A DNA stretch of 64,000 nt. Origin: Vicugna vicugna. Lineage: Eukaryota. Below are positions 61,461 to 64,000 of this stretch, in pieces. The position numbers were made by a program, and so were the translations under genes. Within the stretch, counting starts at the first letter, position 1, and every line of letters starts with the position of its first letter. The notes beneath the pieces are model-generated. The model did not search any database. It was given only the letters and a program-made list of their open reading frames with translations, and was not told where the DNA came from. The stretch is taken from positions 4,902,118-4,966,117 of the forward strand of contig MU061056.1 in assembly GCA_013265495.1 (NCBI GenBank), given 5' to 3'.

Positions 61461-61881
61461 TGTGTTGTTTACTAGGGCTGTTATAGCAAAGCACCCCAGC
61501 CTGGGAGGCTTAAACAACAGAATCTTATTATCTCACAGTTCTGGAGGCTAGAAGTCCAAAATCAAGGTGCTGTCAGGGTTGGTTTCTTTTTGTGGGCTGT
61601 GAGGGAAGGGTCTAGTCCAGATCTCTCTCTGTGGCTGCTTGTAGATAGCCATCTTCTCCCCAAGTCTGTTCACATCATTTTTCTTCTGGGATGTCTGTTG
61701 CTGTGTCTGAATTCCCCCTTTTAATAAGGACATCAGTCATATTGAATTAGGGACCAGCTGAATGATCTCAACTTGATCACCTCTGTAAAGACCCTCTCTG
61801 CAAATAAGGTCACATTCTGAGGTAGTGGGGATTAGGACTCCAACATACGAATTTTGGGGGAACATAGTTAAATCCATAATA
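61461..61881 (-). mobile_element. MLT1B MaLR solo LTR
   Basis: actagggctg..ggcttaaacaacagaa..tctcacagttctggaggctagaagtccaaaatcaaggtg..caaataaggtcacattctgaggta..ccataata. Confidence 0.92.
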
Positions 61882-62794
61882 AGCAAGTCTGTAGCAGCTG
61901 GATTCAGTGTTTCTCAGAATGAGATTTTTGGATCTTTTTTTTGGATGTGTTCTTTGAGATGGGTGAGTTCTCTATGAACATTTTAAAACAATGTTTTTAG
62001 TTTTGATGATAACTTAAATTAACAGAAGTATATTCTACATTATCCCTATGGCCATTTTATGAGTAAATCCCATTTCCATGCTGGCTTCTGGGCTTGTGTT
62101 TAGAACCAGATTGGTGCCTAAGATGAGAGCATCTCACTTTTGTTTTGTTGGGATGCGTGCTGTGCTGGCCGCTTTTGAGGCAGCAGAAAATGACAGCTAC
62201 CATGCGTTTATGGGAAATTCTTTTTTCAGTTGAAGAGACAAAAGTAACTTTTCTTTGGGGATTACGATCGGCAATTGGCAATTGGGGATTAAGATATGGC
62301 AATTATAGCCGTAATTCTTAACGGACTAACAAGAAAACAGAAGTTGACCAAATATGTAAAAGATGCCATTACATTTCCAAGTTGAAGACCATGTAAGCGA
62401 TGGTAAGAAGACTTGACTCATGCTCAGATGATCTTTGGATTGACATGAATGAGCGAGACAGCATTTATTTTTTTCCATCCATGGTTTAGTGGTAAAGTTC
62501 ATTTTGAAACTAGAAATTGTTTTCAGTGTTTGTAAAAATTGAAAACTAATTTCAGATTATTATTTTTTGATGGTTTCCAGCAATAATTGGTTTAGATTCA
62601 TATTTCATGCAGATTTCAGTAATTCCACTGTTTTCTTTATATTTATTAAAATAAAATGTAAGTTAATCCTGAGACTTTTTTTCTTTAAAAATTTCCAGCA
62701 CGCTGTTGGAGTTTGAGAAACACTGCTTATGCCAAGATGGGAATAGACCAGTTATTTAAGGAGACCCTTCTGTCCCTTACCTACTTCTGTGACT

Positions 62795-62992
62795 TTTTTT
62801 GACATTTTTTTCTTTCTTTTTTTTTTTTCTTTACCTTTTTTTGGTGACATCTATTTAGTTATTTTAGTTTCTATTTTGGTGGGGGGAGGTAATTAGGTTT
62901 ATTATTTATTTTTGAAGGCGGTACTGGGGATTGAACCCAGGACCTTGTGTATGCTAAGCATGTGCTCTACCACTTGAGCTATACTCTCCCCC
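62795..62992 (-). mobile_element. Camelid vic-1-type SINE
   Basis: gggaggtaattaggttt..gtactggggattgaacccaggaccttgtgtatgctaagcatgtgctctaccacttgagctatactctccccc with a long T-rich tail. Confidence 0.95.
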
Positions 62993-64000
62993 TTGTGATC
63001 TTAATATAGCTGGACCTTTGGCAGTCTCTCCTCTATATGTCATATCTTTAGTGCATTGAATCATTTCTGTGATATAAATTTGCTTTCTTAAAATAAAGTC
63101 TTCAACTATGATGAAAGAGTGAGAGGATAGCTCATTATGCTTTGGTGAGGGGATTTAAAGGATTAAACTCAGACATTTGGCTATAAATCAAATATTAGAC
63201 CTCAGACTAAGACCTATTTCCTAGCAACTGTGAGCTGCGAAGAAGCCTGTCAAAGGTCTTCTCACCTCCTGAAATAGCCAAGGATCAGAAACACCCACCT
63301 GTGATTTTATATCATCATATAATAACTGCTGATAGCAAAGCTTGAATTAGTCTGTCTTCAATTTAGCCATAGCTATCAAATTTTCTACCAGATTTAATCC
63401 TGTAAATTTTATTATTGTCTTGTATGCTAAATTACTCCAGAAGTAATTTATGCCTAGTAGCATAATTTTAATGTAATTAATTGCATGGGAATTTTTAAAC
63501 TCAGCAAAACAATTTATAGTGGTTTTAATAACCTGTGACAATTTTAATGCCCTTATAATTTACATTAAATAAAAGATACGTATGTCTATGAATGTATTCA
63601 TATTTTATGAGAATAGTGATCTTTTACTTTATGTTATGGTGGAATTCTTAAAATTTTTGTTAATACAACAAATTTGAGAAGTGTCTTATAGTAGACACTC
63701 ATGATTTTGTTGGACTGTATAGTTCTCTAAGTTTTAATCTTAGAATCTTAATTGTGCCAATGAGTAAGATTCTAAATGATGGTGAAGAGTTGCCTGGGAA
63801 GAATAAGTAACTTTGTGTCATAACAAGTTATATTTGTTGATAAAACATGGTAGAGCTCAAAGGGAAGGCTTTTATGGAATTCTGGCTCTAGCACTTTTTG
63901 TCAAAATAAATCAGCTAACACAGAAAAGTTGAAAACTCCCTCTGTGTAATGCATTTTCCAGGATCACTTACTTTGCTTTTCCTGTTTTTCTTTTTCTTCC

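Noticed and set aside
1-64000. CRISPR arrays, rRNA, snRNA/snoRNA or known miRNA hairpins
   Set aside because: There is no regularly spaced repeat-spacer structure and I recognised no mature sequence of common conserved miRNAs or structural RNAs. An Infernal/Rfam scan would be needed to exclude less familiar ones.

Overview
Mammalian genomic DNA, almost certainly camelid (Vicugna/Lama/Camelus): it carries four copies of the tRNA-Ala-derived camelid SINE (vic-1 type). I recognise no protein-coding exon of a known gene in the 64 kb, so no gene symbol is assigned. The window is AT-rich and largely filled with old eutherian repeats: an ERVL provirus remnant with a readable integrase core and an LTR33-like LTR at the left edge, MaLR MLT1 solo LTRs, a MER90-type LTR, L1ME/L1MC/HAL1 fragments, L2, MIR, MER20, MER58A and MER5A. 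There is one 104-nt assembly gap. The non-repeat signal sits in promoter-like DNA: a small CpG island (about 1860-2170) and, 5.5 kb downstream, a dense cluster (about 7400-8950) with a TATA box, YY1, IRF, ETS and TEAD motifs and strong splice donors on both strands. The simplest reading is the multi-promoter 5' end and long first intron of a plus-strand gene or lncRNA, with antisense transcription. All exon and promoter calls are motif-level inferences. The most interesting observations are the bidirectional promoter cluster with short ORFs (one signal-peptide-like and open up to a donor), a second candidate antisense unit (58.2-58.5 kb with a possible exon at 51.5 kb), a candidate 12-nt microexon, and two old local duplications not explained by transposon families. 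I found no evidence for a clearly new multi-gene system.
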